From assembly GCF_001194135.2 (NCBI RefSeq), contig NC_068999.1, forward strand, positions 51,438,561-51,502,560: a DNA stretch of 64,000 bases, written 5' to 3'. Origin of the DNA: Octopus bimaculoides. Lineage: Eukaryota. The notes under the pieces are model-generated. The model did not search any database and was not told the origin of the DNA. It saw only the letters and a list, made by a program, of their open reading frames with translations. Both the position numbers and the translations under genes were made by a program. Positions 27,591-39,140 of this stretch are shown piece by piece. How positions within the stretch are numbered: the first letter of the stretch is position 1; each line of letters opens with the position of its first letter.

Positions 27591-28109
27591 ATATATATAT
27601 ATATATATATATNNNNNNNNNNNNNNNNNNNNNNNNNNNNNNNNNNNNNNNNNNNNNNNNNNNNNNNNNNNNNNNNNNNNNNNNNNNNNNNNNNNNNNNN
27701 NNNNNNNNNNNNNNNNNNNNNNNNNNNNNNNNNNNNNNNNNNNNNNNNNNNNNNNNNNNNNNNNNNNNNNNNNNNNNNNNNNNNNNNNNNNNNNNNNNNN
27801 NNNNNNNNNNNNNNNNNNNNNNNNNNNATATATATATATATAGATATAGATATATATATAAGTGTATATGTACATATGCGCATATATGTATGTATATATG
27901 TGTGTTTGTGCGTGTGTGTGTGTGTGTGTGTGCATAAAAGTATATATTTATGTATGTACATGCATTTGTATATATGCGTATGTACGTATGTATTACTGTA
28001 TGACTATCGACCAGATTATCAGACGTGGTAATACGCTACTTGTTACAATGTGCTTCCTCACATTGTTGTAGCTTTCGAAATATGTCATTCGGCTGACAAG
28101 GCGTCAAGG

Positions 28110-28262
28110 CCAACAATCCCCCTGAACGGGACGCTAGTCCATCGCATGGTGATCCGTTTAAAGTCGGGTGAACTGGAGTAGGTGAAATGAAGAATTTGAC
28201 TCAAGAACATAACGCACCACCGGTCATTACAATCTTGCGATTTTCAGTTCCACGCTAGGTCA
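28110..28262 (-). mobile_element. Degenerate SINE with CORE-like and V-like domains
   Basis: Minus: GTGCGTTATGTTCTTGAGTCAAATTCTTCATTTCAC..CTCCAGTTCAC...TGCGATGGACTAGCGTCCCGTTCAGGGGG. Confidence 0.6.
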
Positions 28263-28451
28263 CGTGCCGTCACCATTCTTATTTATAATAAATGAAACTG
28301 AAACGACGACAGATAGAAAGCAGATACGTATATTGAGTGTACAACCAGCCGGGAGACAGACACAGAAGGTTCCTTATTCTTCATCAATTATCAACCGAAT
28401 GGTGATACTCAGTTTCGCACCATCAGTGATAAGATATATGCGTGCGTGCGA

Positions 28452-28494
<43 letters not shown>

Positions 28495-28589
28495 TGTGTG
28501 GAAGGGGATGTATACATTCATATGAGACGTGCGGTTATATCGAGTTATAAATACAAGCATCCTTACATATAAAAATAGCTGCTTAGGGG

Positions 28590-28629
<40 letters not shown>

Positions 28630-29436
28630 CAAGCACATAGACACACACGCGCACATACACACACACACTCTTGCAGAGACTCAAACATACATACATACAT
28701 CCAAACATACATACATACATACATCCATACATACATCCATCCATACATACATACATACATACATACATACATACAGATCTACAGGCACACATACATACAG
28801 ATACATACAGATACATACACATATAATCACATTAGACGAACACTCGTGCAATATGGATAGATATGTCTGTGAATGTGTTATATATGTCAAAAATTACGAC
28901 CTTTCTTTCCATATTAAGAAATAGTTAATACAATTAACAACCTCATATAAATATCTCAGCTATAAGCGTTTCAAGCAAAGAAAAATGTAAATCTACATTG
29001 GTTTTTTTTTGGGGGGGGGGGCTTTTTTTCATGTGTTAGATTTGGGCGCCATACCTAATTTTTCGTATTTTCTGTCTATGTTTTTGCTCTGTTATTTTTA
29101 GGTATTCTCAATGTCTTCCGTTTTATCTTTTTCATTCATTTGAATGTATGTGACTGTATACGTGCGTATGTGCGTTTGTGTATGTATGTAAGTATGTGTA
29201 AGTATGTATGTATGTGTAGGCGTAGGTGTAGGTGCTATATAATTTTTTTTTTTTTTTATCCTAAACGAAAAAATATTGGAGGTGAGAAAATTATATTTTA
29301 TTTTGTTTGTGAGGGTGTCTGTAAGTGTTTGTCATTATGCAACACCTCTCCGTCCCTCATTCTTCAGAAAAAATAAAGACGCCATCTTTTTTTTATCAAT
29401 ATTTTTATCATCATTATTATTACTAAACGTGGCGAA

Positions 29437-29865
29437 CTGACAGAATCGTTAGGAGGCTAAGCAAAATGCTTCGCGGCATTTCGTCTGTCTTTACGTTCTG
29501 AGTTCAAATTCCGCTGAGGTCGACTTTGCTTTTCACCCTTTCGGGGTTGGTTAAATAAGTACCAGTTACGCTCTGAGATTAATCTAATCAACTTAATCCC
29601 TCCCCACCGAATTTCAGGCTTTGTGCCTTTTGTAGAAAGGATTATTATTATTTAAGGCCGCGAGCTGGCAGAATCGTTACTGCGCCGGGCAAAATACCTT
29701 AGCAGCATTTTGACCGTCTTTACATTCTGAGTTCAAGTTCAGCCGAGGTCGACTTTGCCTTTGATCCTTTCGAGATCGACAAAATTAATACCAGTTGAGC
29801 ACTGTGATCGATGTCATCGACTAGATCCCGCCCTCAAAATGTCATTCTTGTGCCTATAGTCGAAA
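29437..29865 (+). mobile_element. Head-to-tail tandem of two SINE-A copies (29437-29640, 29656-29865)
   Basis: Two complete heads and bodies separated by ATTATTATTATTT. Confidence 0.85.
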
Positions 29866-30045
29866 GAAGTGTTTTTCTTTTACTGTAAAGACTTATGAAA
29901 CAATCAAAACAGTGAACAGTATTTCTGTGTCTGTAGCGATTGGATAGAATAGGCGAAGTAATAATGATAATGATAATACTAATAATAATAATTTTGTTAA
30001 CCAAGAGGGTTCGACGAGATATAGAAAATATGAAGAGAAGCTAAC

Positions 30046-30114
30046 CGACACTGCTACCAGTATTGAAGGAATCATCTCCCACCTTCACCAACGTAGATAT
30101 CGAAATTGATGTTA
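30046..30114 (-). other. Candidate 69-nt symmetric (phase 1-1) exon
   Basis: tgctttaacag|CT AAC...GTC G|gttagc, encoding NINFDIYVGEGGDDSFNTGSSV; no family recognised. Confidence 0.25.
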
Positions 30115-30664
30115 GCTGTTAAAGCAGATGAAATTAACAAAGTATCATAACTTGTATATTCTCTCAAGAATGGGGAAAATATTTGTAACATTCAAAATTT
30201 CCTCTTCTTCTTCAACATAACAATAATGTTACAAAGACGTAGTAAATCTAAATTCAATTAGAGAAAATAAGATGTTATTACAAGTTAAACAAGAACTGCT
30301 TGAAGACGTCTCTTTTCAGTAAAATCCAATGAGAGCACCCACAGCAATAATAATAAAAATGATGATCGCAACAACAACATTTAGAACCTTAATAAAATGC
30401 CATTGGGAATAATAAAATATATGCTGACAAATACAAAACCAAAATTTCCATCGACTTCGCATGTATGCACAAAATAGAAAATAGCACTAAAAGACACTAA
30501 ACACATTATGTACATCATTTTCAATAGAAAACATAAAACTACAATATAAATCTATTTGCGCCGAAGGTGCACAAAGCTGCGTTTGGAAACAGAGTTAAAG
30601 CACTTAGCAAAAGTAAGGCTATTGAATAAAATAATAGTAATGATAATAACAAACTTTTCTGTTA

Positions 30665-30720
30665 TAGTCACAAGACATGAAATTTGGGGAAGAGGCTAGT
30701 TGATTACATCGACCCCCAGT
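30665..30720 (-). mobile_element. SINE-A 3' fragment
   Basis: CACAAGACATGAAATTTGGGGAAGAGGCTAGTTGATTACATCGACCCCCAG matches the reverse-complemented tail. Confidence 0.6.
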
Positions 30721-31070
30721 CGCATTGATGTAACGGTTAGCACGGCAACACGGTTAACACGGTTTATTGTGGACGTGTATGCATTTCAAGATATTACTTG
30801 AAATCAGATACACTGATTTAAAACACTTATTTAAAACAGTATCGTTCATCTAAGTAGGAAAACCCCACCACAAACTCCAGCTGTTTCTGATAACACCACC
30901 AATAGCAAATACACTTAATATCTCAACTAGTGTGATATGTTTATGAGGACTAACATAGCGCTGCTGCTATTGTTATCACGGCGGTTCTAAATGCAAGCAC
31001 ACCATATTTATACTCCTGTTTGTTTAGTGTTTATTTTGTTTTGTTTTGCATTTTTGTTGTTTTTATTCAG

Positions 31071-31259
31071 TTTCAATTTTCCGGAAATCACCTCTAAACC
31101 GGAAATTATTGTCTTTGTGTGACGGTTCTGAGAAAGAGATATTAGATTATTGCGAGATTTTCGTGGAAGCTTTATTTGCCAATTGTATCAAAGTGAACAC
31201 CAATCAAACGGAAGATTCCATCGTGACTTTTCAAGCCGATAACATTCTTCATGCGAAAC
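31071..31259 (+). other. Candidate 189-nt symmetric exon, or CpG-rich regulatory patch
   Basis: ~40-nt T-rich tract plus cag, a 62-codon open frame (SIFRKSPLNRKLLSLCDGSEKEILDYCEIFVEALFANCIK...), donor C|gtaatt; also contains two CCGGAA motifs. Confidence 0.3.
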
Positions 31260-32084
31260 GTAATTTTCTCAAATGTAAATTGAAACAAAGATGACGTTAA
31301 AATATGGCGATCGACTAGTGCCTTTTCTTAAATAAATGCTCCTAGCGTGATTAAAGTAAGATTAATGATAAAGGTTAGCATTTCTGTTAGCTAGGTAGGA
31401 ATGTAATGAAAACGGCAAAGCAACAAGATATGAAGTATTATAATTGGTGCCGGTGTTGTTATTGTTATTGCTATTGGCGGTGAGTGCGGAAGTAGCGTTG
31501 ATGGTGGTGAAAGTGGTGGTGGTGATATTAATGGAAGGAACGGTAGTAGTGGTGGAGGTTGTTGTTATTTTATTTATTTATCATTATTCTTCAGATTCAC
31601 TAATTACTTTTTTCAGTTTCCCTCAAGAAGAGATTTAGAGATAATGGTAAAAATACGCTCTCTTGGCTTTTCTCCAGTTTCGACAATATTCTCTCTAAAA
31701 TTCCTTACAAACAACGCGACGTTCTTTTTTGGAAATCTATTATTTCTTGAGATGTCTTAAAGAGTCTTGGATTTGTTTCACTACAATTCTATGTTACTTT
31801 GTTTGTATACGAAATATCAACATCCAATTGTTTCTTTGTGAAAATTGCGTGTAATTCAATGCACCTCTGGTCGTTTAATTTACTGAGAAATAGACGAAAT
31901 ATATTTTTACGAATATTATCTAAAGATTTTGTCATCATCTTCAGAGAGATATTTACCCGGGTACTGTTTATAACTATCGCATCCAGATTGAAGTATCAAT
32001 ACCTTTATTCCTGTGGGTCGTTGTAGCATATCACATGTGGTCTACCTTCAACACTGTACACGATTCGAAATAGGAGAATTTAAC

Positions 32085-32437
32085 TATTGGGTTGTCCGGA
32101 AAGTTCGTGCCGATTTTCCAAAAGGTTCTTCTCACTCAACTCATGTGGTACCCAAACATCGTAGCGATTTACCAGGTGCTCATGAACGACGGATTTTGAT
32201 AGGTTGAGGCTTTCTGCCAATTCTCGGGTTGTGCAATGTGGGTTATTCTCAATTAATGACTTGATTTGGTCATCATCTGTGGTGGATGGTCTGCCTGATC
32301 GCTCTTTATCAATAAGGCTACAATCTCCAGCTCGGAACCTTGCGAACCACTTCCCTACAGTTCTTTCGGATAAAGAAACATCACCGTAAACTGCGCATAT
32401 TTCTTTGGTTGTTTGTGAGGCTTTTTTCCCTTTGCAG
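32085..32437 (-). mobile_element. Internally deleted mariner element: transposase HTH region plus 3' TIR
   Basis: KEICAVYGDVSLSERTVGKWFARFRAGDCSLIDKERSGRP...TTRELAESLNLSKSVVHEHL..DVWVPHELSEKN (bipartite HTH plus WVPHEL). TA followed by TIR-like TTGGGTTGTCCGGAAAGTTCGTGCCGATTTT at 32085-32117. The 5' end lies in the gap. Confidence 0.9.
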
Positions 32438-33059
32438 NNNNNNNNNNNNNNNNNNNNNNNNNNNNNNNNNNNNNNNNNNNNNNNNNNNNNNNNNNNNNNN
32501 NNNNNNNNNNNNNNNNNNNNNNNNNNNNNNNNNNNNNNNNNNNNNNNNNNNNNNNNNNNNNNNNNNNNNNNNNNNNNNNNNNNNNNNNNNNNNNNNNNNN
32601 NNNNNNNNNNNNNNNNNNNNNNNNNNNNNNNNNNNNNNNNNNNNNNNNNNNNNNNNNNNNNNNNNNNNNNNNNNNNNNNNNNNNNNNNNNNNNNNNNNNN
32701 NNNNNNNNNNNNNNNNNNNNNNNNNNNNNNNNNNNNNNNNNNNNNNNNNNNNNNNNNNNNNNNNNNNNNNNNNNNNNNNNNNNNNNNNNNNNNNNNNNNN
32801 NNNNNNNNNNNNNNNNNNNNNNNNNNNNNNNNNNNNNNNNNNNNNNNNNNNNNNNNNNNNNNNNNNNNNNNNNNNNNNNNNNNNNNNNNNNNNNNNNNNN
32901 NNNNNNNNNNNNNNNNNNNNNNNNNNNNNNNNNNNNNNNNNNNNNNNNNNNNNNNNNNNNNNNNNNNNTATATATATATATATATATATATATATGCATA
33001 CACATACATACATAATAAATACATACATATATACATGCATGCATACATACGTACTTTAC

Positions 33060-33182
33060 CGAACGAGGATTGACAGGCGACAACAACAGACCTCGAGAAC
33101 ATTGGGGTGAATGAAGAAACAAGGTCATACTTAAATAAGAAAACGTTTGCTCTCAACTCCAATGAGAAGTAAAAGTAATTAC
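33060..33182 (-). other. Candidate 123-nt symmetric (phase 1-1) exon
   Basis: tattatttttag|GT ... TTC G|gtaaag; open frame NYFYFSLELRANVFLFKYDLVSSFTPMFSRSVVVACQSSF. Confidence 0.2.
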
Positions 33183-33537
33183 CTAAAAATAATAGCATTT
33201 CTGTTATTGTGTTATTGTTTAAAAAAAAACATTATTAGTTTTCAGATAATACCAGATAGCGATGACAATCAATAGAGAAGTGCTTATGGATTAATGCGTG
33301 TGTTTCTGCGCGTGAGTGTGTGTGAGGTGTGTGAGTACATTAGCACGAACAGAGTGATATGCGTATGTGTCTATGTGTGTGTGTGAGCGTGTGTGTCTTT
33401 GTATGTCTCCGTGCGTCTACAGAAATGCAATGCAGGATTATATATGTATGTATATATATATGTGTGTGTGTGTGTGTATGTACACACATACATATGTATT
33501 CATAGAGACATATATATATTCATGTATACACACACAA

Positions 33538-33594
<57 letters not shown>

Positions 33595-34300
33595 NNNNNN
33601 NNNNNNNNNNNNNNNNNNNNNNNNNNNNNNNNNNNNNNNNNNNNNNNNNNNNNNNNNNNNNNNNNNNNNNNNNNNNNNNNNNNNNNNNNNNNNNNNNNNN
33701 NNNNNNNNNNNNNNNNNNNNNNNNNNNNNNNNNNNNNNNNNNNNNNNNNNNNNNNNNNNNNNNNNNNNNNNNNNNNNNNNNNNNNNNNNNNNNNNNNNNN
33801 NNNNNNNNNNNNNNNNNNNNNNNNNNNNNNNNNNNNNNNNNNNNNNNNNNNNNNNNNNNNNNNNNNNNNNNNNNNNNNNNNNNNNNNNNNNNNNNNNNNN
33901 NNNNNNNNNNNNNNNNNNNNNNNNNNNNNNNNNNNNNNNNNNNNNNNNNNNNNNNNNNNNNNNNNNNNNNNNNNNNNNNNNNNNNNNNNNNNNNNNNNNN
34001 NNNNNNNNNNNNNNNNNNNNNNNNNNNNNNNNNNNNNNNNNNNNNNNNNNNNNNNNNNNNNNNNNNNNNNNNNNNNNNNNNNNNNNNNNNNNNNNNNNNN
34101 NNNNNNNNNNNNNNNNNNNNNNNNNNNNNNNNNNNNNNNNNNNNNNNNNNNNNNNNNNNNNNNNNNNNNNNNNNNNNNNNNNNNNNNNNNNNNNNNNNNN
34201 NNNNNNNNNNNNNNNNNNNNNNNNNNNNNNNNNNNNNNNNNNNNNNNNNNNNNNNNNNNNNNNNNNNNNNNNNNNNNNTGTGTGTGTGTGTGTGTGTGTA

Positions 34301-34347
<47 letters not shown>

Positions 34348-34429
34348 GTGTGTCTGTGTGTCTGTGCGCGCACGTGTGTATGTGATTATTTGCGCACGTA
34401 TATAGTATGTACATATAGTATGTACAAGA

Positions 34430-34580
34430 CCTGAAGCGTTATGATTAGGGTGTTGGATTAACGATCATATACCTGTGAGTTCGATTCCTGGATCTGGTAG
34501 TGCTCTATGTCTTAACTAATCCGCTTCATTTCTCGTTGTTCCACTCTACACAGCTGAAATGTGTACCTTCTGAGGATTGG
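34430..34580 (+). mobile_element. Degenerate CORE-type tRNA SINE
   Basis: GATTAGGGTGTTGGATTAACGATCAT...GAGTTCGATTCC...CATTTCTCGTTGTTCCACTCTACACAGCTG. Confidence 0.6.
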
Positions 34581-35411
34581 CGCATCACGCTCCCTTCGGC
34601 TGCCTCATTCTTCATATTCTGTTGGATGAAGGGCACGAAGGACAAAGGAATGACCCATGTCCAGGCACGATTATTTATCGCATATCTTTACCGTTTCTCT
34701 CTTCTTTTTTTTTATATGACTTTGTCTTGTGAATCGACGCACGGTTGCTAAACCCCGTTCACCATATTCAAAATGTTTCGTTGCTTGCACGTATCCATGA
34801 GCCCTTGCGACCAATAATGAAAGTAGTAGTAGTAGTAGTAGTAGTAGGAGGAGGAGGAGGAGGAGGAGGAGGAGGAAATGATGACGAAGACAATGTCGAC
34901 GACAACGACGAGGCGGTGCTCGCTGCTGTTTTCAACAGGTGCTCAGCAAGTCAGACATGTCTCGAGGCACTCGTGTTAATGTTTTGAATAAAAGTTGTTT
35001 CTGAAACATGATTTTTATATACACTCATACACACAAATATACATACATCATACATATATGTCAATGTATACGTGTANNNNNNNNNNNNNNNNNNNNNNNN
35101 NNNNNNNNNNNNNNNNNNNNNNNNNNNNNNNNNNNNNNNNNNNNNNNNNNNNNNNNNNNNNNNNNNNNNNNNNNNNNNNNNNNNNNNNNNNNNNNNNNNN
35201 NNNNNNNNNNNNNNNNNNNNNNNNNNNNNNNNNNNNNNNNNNNNNNNNNNNNNNNNNNNNNNNNNNNNNNNTATATATATATATATATATCTTAAAACTC
35301 CAACGATCAAAGACAAAATCAACAGAACTTCTTACCAATAGCATAACTTTATGTTCGATTGCTCGGAAGTTTAACATTATATATCTACATTACGTCTCTC
35401 TATTCATCTAA

Positions 35412-35449
<38 letters not shown>

Positions 35450-36027
35450 CTATCTCTATCTCTATCTCTCTCCCTGTCTCTGCCCTGGTTATTTTTATGT
35501 CGGGGAGCTCTACCGATTCACTCAAACAGCTACAAATAACAGCCAAACTTTTCACAAATTTCCAATCAACGTCACGAAAGCGTGATTTCTTAAGAGGGAT
35601 TAGATACGGGTTTGATAACATACACCTAGATATTTATCACTCAAATGTTATAAAAGAAACAAGATGTTTATTGTCGATAAGATCTTAATTTGCTGACATA
35701 TCTCCTGGGTGTTGATTAACTATATAAAAGGAACTAAAACAAAAAACATCGTTTGCACACTTTCATTTGTATGCTTCCGCCTCTCGTGCGTTCCTCTTCA
35801 TTCGTTCTTTCACTCCCAACGTGTCAACTTGGTCTTCGCTCGAGACTTTGCCTCAGAAGAATTGTCGTCTAGTACTAGAACTTCCTACGTGGCAATGATT
35901 TTCTTACTTATGAAACTCTTACTGAATATTAATCGCATTAACCTTATCCAGTCAAAGCCGATAATCATCAGGTAAACTGGTCTGCAATAGAAAAGAAATG
36001 TGCACACTTTCTACTTTCTATCTCTCT

Positions 36028-36292
36028 CAGAACATAAAGACCGAGATAACACTGCTAAGCATTTTCGTCCGGCATGCTAACGATTCTACCAACTCGCCGC
36101 CTTACTAAATCTATATCGACAACACCAGGAGGAAAAGCAATGACGAGCTCAACGGAATTACAACTCAGAACGCTAAGACGGAGATAACACCGCTAGGCAT
36201 TTTCGTCGGGCGTGCCAACGATTCTGCCAGCTCTCTGCCTTATACTAAATCTATATCGATAACACAAGGATGAAAGTCAATGTCGACCTTGA
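36028..36292 (-). repeat. 140-bp tandem unit made of a SINE-A 5' half plus unique spacer
   Basis: Spacer TACTAAATCTATATCGA at 36103 and 36243 (period 140), each adjacent to a reverse-complemented SINE-A head. Confidence 0.8.
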
Positions 36293-36532
36293 TATAAAAT
36301 TCGAATGCGGCACGTAAAAGGTTCTGGTTTAACATGAATAACATGTTCTTTCTCCAGAATGTAGACTTTTTATTTTTTTTTTTTATTATTATTCTTCACC
36401 TAAACTGAATTTTATCAGATAAAACGCTGCAAACCAATTTATACTGACGTGACGTCAAACTATCTAATTGACATTTCACTAAATTGGTTTTCTTTATATG
36501 ACTATTGTTTTTATTGTTGTTGATTGATGCTG

Positions 36533-36533
36533 T

Positions 36534-36609
<76 letters not shown>

Positions 36610-36640
36610 GGTGGTCGTCGTCGTCGTCGTCGTCGCCATC
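36533..36640. repeat. Compound (GTA)n(GTG)n(GTC)n microsatellite
   Basis: Directly visible. Confidence 0.95.
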
Positions 36641-36763
36641 GTAGTCATGGTCGCGGTGCTGCTGGTGCTAGTGGTATTACGATTCATGTATATTTGCTTT
36701 CATACTGCTTTCATTACTACGCAGAAACCTTTTATTCAGATAAAAATTCTTCGTTACTGTAAC

Positions 36764-36797
<34 letters not shown>

Positions 36798-37080
36798 NNN
36801 NNNNNNNNNNNNNNNNNNNNNNNNNNNNNNNNNNNNNNNNNNNNNNNNNNNNNNNNNNNNNNNNNNNNNNNNNNNNNNNNNNNNNNNNNNNNNNNNNNNN
36901 NNNNNNNNNNNNNNNNNNNNNNNNNNNNNNNNNNNNNNNNNNNNNNNNNNNNNNNNNNNNNNNNNNNNNNNNNNNNNNNNNNNNNNNNNNNNNNNNNNNN
37001 NNNNNNNNNNNNNNNNNNNNNNNNNNNNNNNNNNNNNNNNNNNNNNNNNNNNNNNNNNNNNNNNNNNNNNNNNNNNNNNN

Positions 37081-37129
<49 letters not shown>

Positions 37130-37139
37130 ATAGAAAAGC

Positions 37140-38060
37140 AAGTAGCAAGGATGTCAAGGTATTAGTGTATTACGGCCGTTTCAGGCGGCTCCATTTAATC
37201 GAACAGTGGAAGCATCACATCAATTTGAAATACACCGCCATCTTCGGACGCATAATATAGGTTTCCAACATAAAGGATATTCCATTATAATTTTTAGCAA
37301 ATATTTCTTCAGAACTAGAGAATGAAAGAATTATATCCTGCTTTTATTGTAGGAGAATGAACTTAGAGAGAAAACATCCCAACTATAATTTGGAATGGCA
37401 GAAGAGAATAACAATGTGAGTCATGAGATGGTAATATAGCTACAATTTTTATCTATCTCCTTATCACCATCAAAAGATCTAATGCAGCCAATATACTTCG
37501 TCCATTAAGAATTAAACCCACTGGGAATTGACAGTTAAGTTCTAGCTGCTGATGATAAATTAATTACTGTCAGATACTCTTCCAAACACTAATTTACTAT
37601 GGTTATAAATTCTCTATGACCACATCAAGAAACAAATCTCAGATGAAATCGGTAAGATAGTGGTGAATTTAGAAAGGACCAAGTAACATAAGAAGGATAT
37701 ATAAACCAATTTAAGTCCTAAAAAAGTAGATTATTTTCATATAAAATAGAAAACTTGTAGCTATATTACCATCTCATGACCCCCGTTGTTATTCTCTTCT
37801 GCCATTCCAAATTATAGTTGGGGTATCTTCTCTCTAAGTTCATTCTGTTACAACAATAGTAGCATGAATTCTTTCATTCTCTAATTCTGATGAAATATTT
37901 GCTAAAAATTATAATGAAGTATCCTGTATGTTGAAAACCTATATTATGCTTCCGAAGATGGCGGTGGTTTTTTTAAATTGATGTAATGCTTGTATTGTTC
38001 TTTTAAATGGAGTCGCCTGAAAAGCCGTAATGCACTAATACCTTGACATCTTTGTTACTT
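37140..38060. mobile_element. Foldback/MITE-like element with ~315-bp inverted arms
   Basis: 37140-37456 aligns along its length with the reverse complement of 37745-38060 (e.g. CACCGCCATCTTCGGA, ATTATAATTTTTAGCAAATATTTC, CCCAACTATAATTTGGAATGGCAGAAGAGAATAACAA); ~290-bp spacer. Confidence 0.9.
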
Positions 38061-38296
38061 ATTTACTTTTTATTCACCTTACTTCGAGCTGTTCGGATAA
38101 TACCGGACTGACTTGGTGCCTCAGCTTAAGTACCTAATTCAACTGAATGTTAATTATTTCTATATATATATATATGTGTGTGTGTTCGTGTATATATACA
38201 TGTATGCACACACACACACATGACGACCTTTTTCAACGAATAATGAAATTTTTGTTCTTAACGATATTTTTCTAAGTATATATATATGTGTGTGTG

Positions 38297-38411
<115 letters not shown>

Positions 38412-38449
38412 TTGTGTTTATTTATTATTCTTAAACAAGAATGTTGTTG

Positions 38450-39140
38450 ACAGTGGCATTGAAGTTTCGGCTAGTTAAGCCGTCGTCGAACTGCGATGCA
38501 TTAGAGTTAGTCTTGCCTTTATACAGTCTCTGTTGAGTTAAAATCTTCTTTGGCTGTGTGGGTTTGAGTAGAGTGGTAATTAGGTTTTCAGGTTTGGTTG
38601 TTATGAAAAGGTGTTAAACAGAAATTGTTATTGATTAAATTTGGGGTTTAGAATTTAGTCACTTATGTAGAACTTTGTAAACAAGCCTGTAGGTGTTTCT
38701 TTTTCGTTAGGTAAGCACAGAGTGTGATAGGATTTTTCTTGTTTTTGGTATTTTGCGTTAACAAAAGTCCAAAGTCCATTATTTAAGCCCTTAGTAATTA
38801 GGTGTGTCCACTTCTTTTACAGAGGAATGTAGGTAGGTGGTAAGTTTAGGTTGGTCATTTCTTTACTTGTTATTGTTATTTAGGTTATTTCTTGTTTGCA
38901 TTTGTAAGATTGGGGTTCTGCATGTCAAACTTTTGTTAGTATAGAAAATTATTCCTCTTGTACCTCCATGTTCACAAAAGTATTTGGGTAAATGTTGTAT
39001 GTCTAAATATTTCTCTCTGAGTTTTCATTGTTCTATAAGGAATTTGATTTGTGTAAAAGGATTCTAACTCCGTGTTTTACAGAGGTAGAGTTTGTTTGTT
39101 GTTTGTTTATAAAATTTCTTCAAATTCTGTTCTAGATATA
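38450..39140 (-). mobile_element. Penelope-like element remnant: RT C-terminus/linker plus terminal hammerhead-like motif
   Basis: Frameshifted pieces FYKQTTN, TSVKHGVRILLHKSNSL, IYPNTFVN, TRKILSH..TYRLVYKV resemble PLE VYRKPT..HP.SVK.GV...L.HRA, N.YP..F and VVYKI. Degenerate hammerhead at 38456-38494. Confidence 0.6.

Noticed and set aside
30055-30090. GGDDSFNT identical to an alpha-tubulin segment
   Set aside because: Flanking residues do not match tubulin on either side.
38790-38830. FLCKRSGHT as a gag zinc knuckle
   Set aside because: The first Cys is missing, and other frames of the region fit a Penelope-like RT/linker better.
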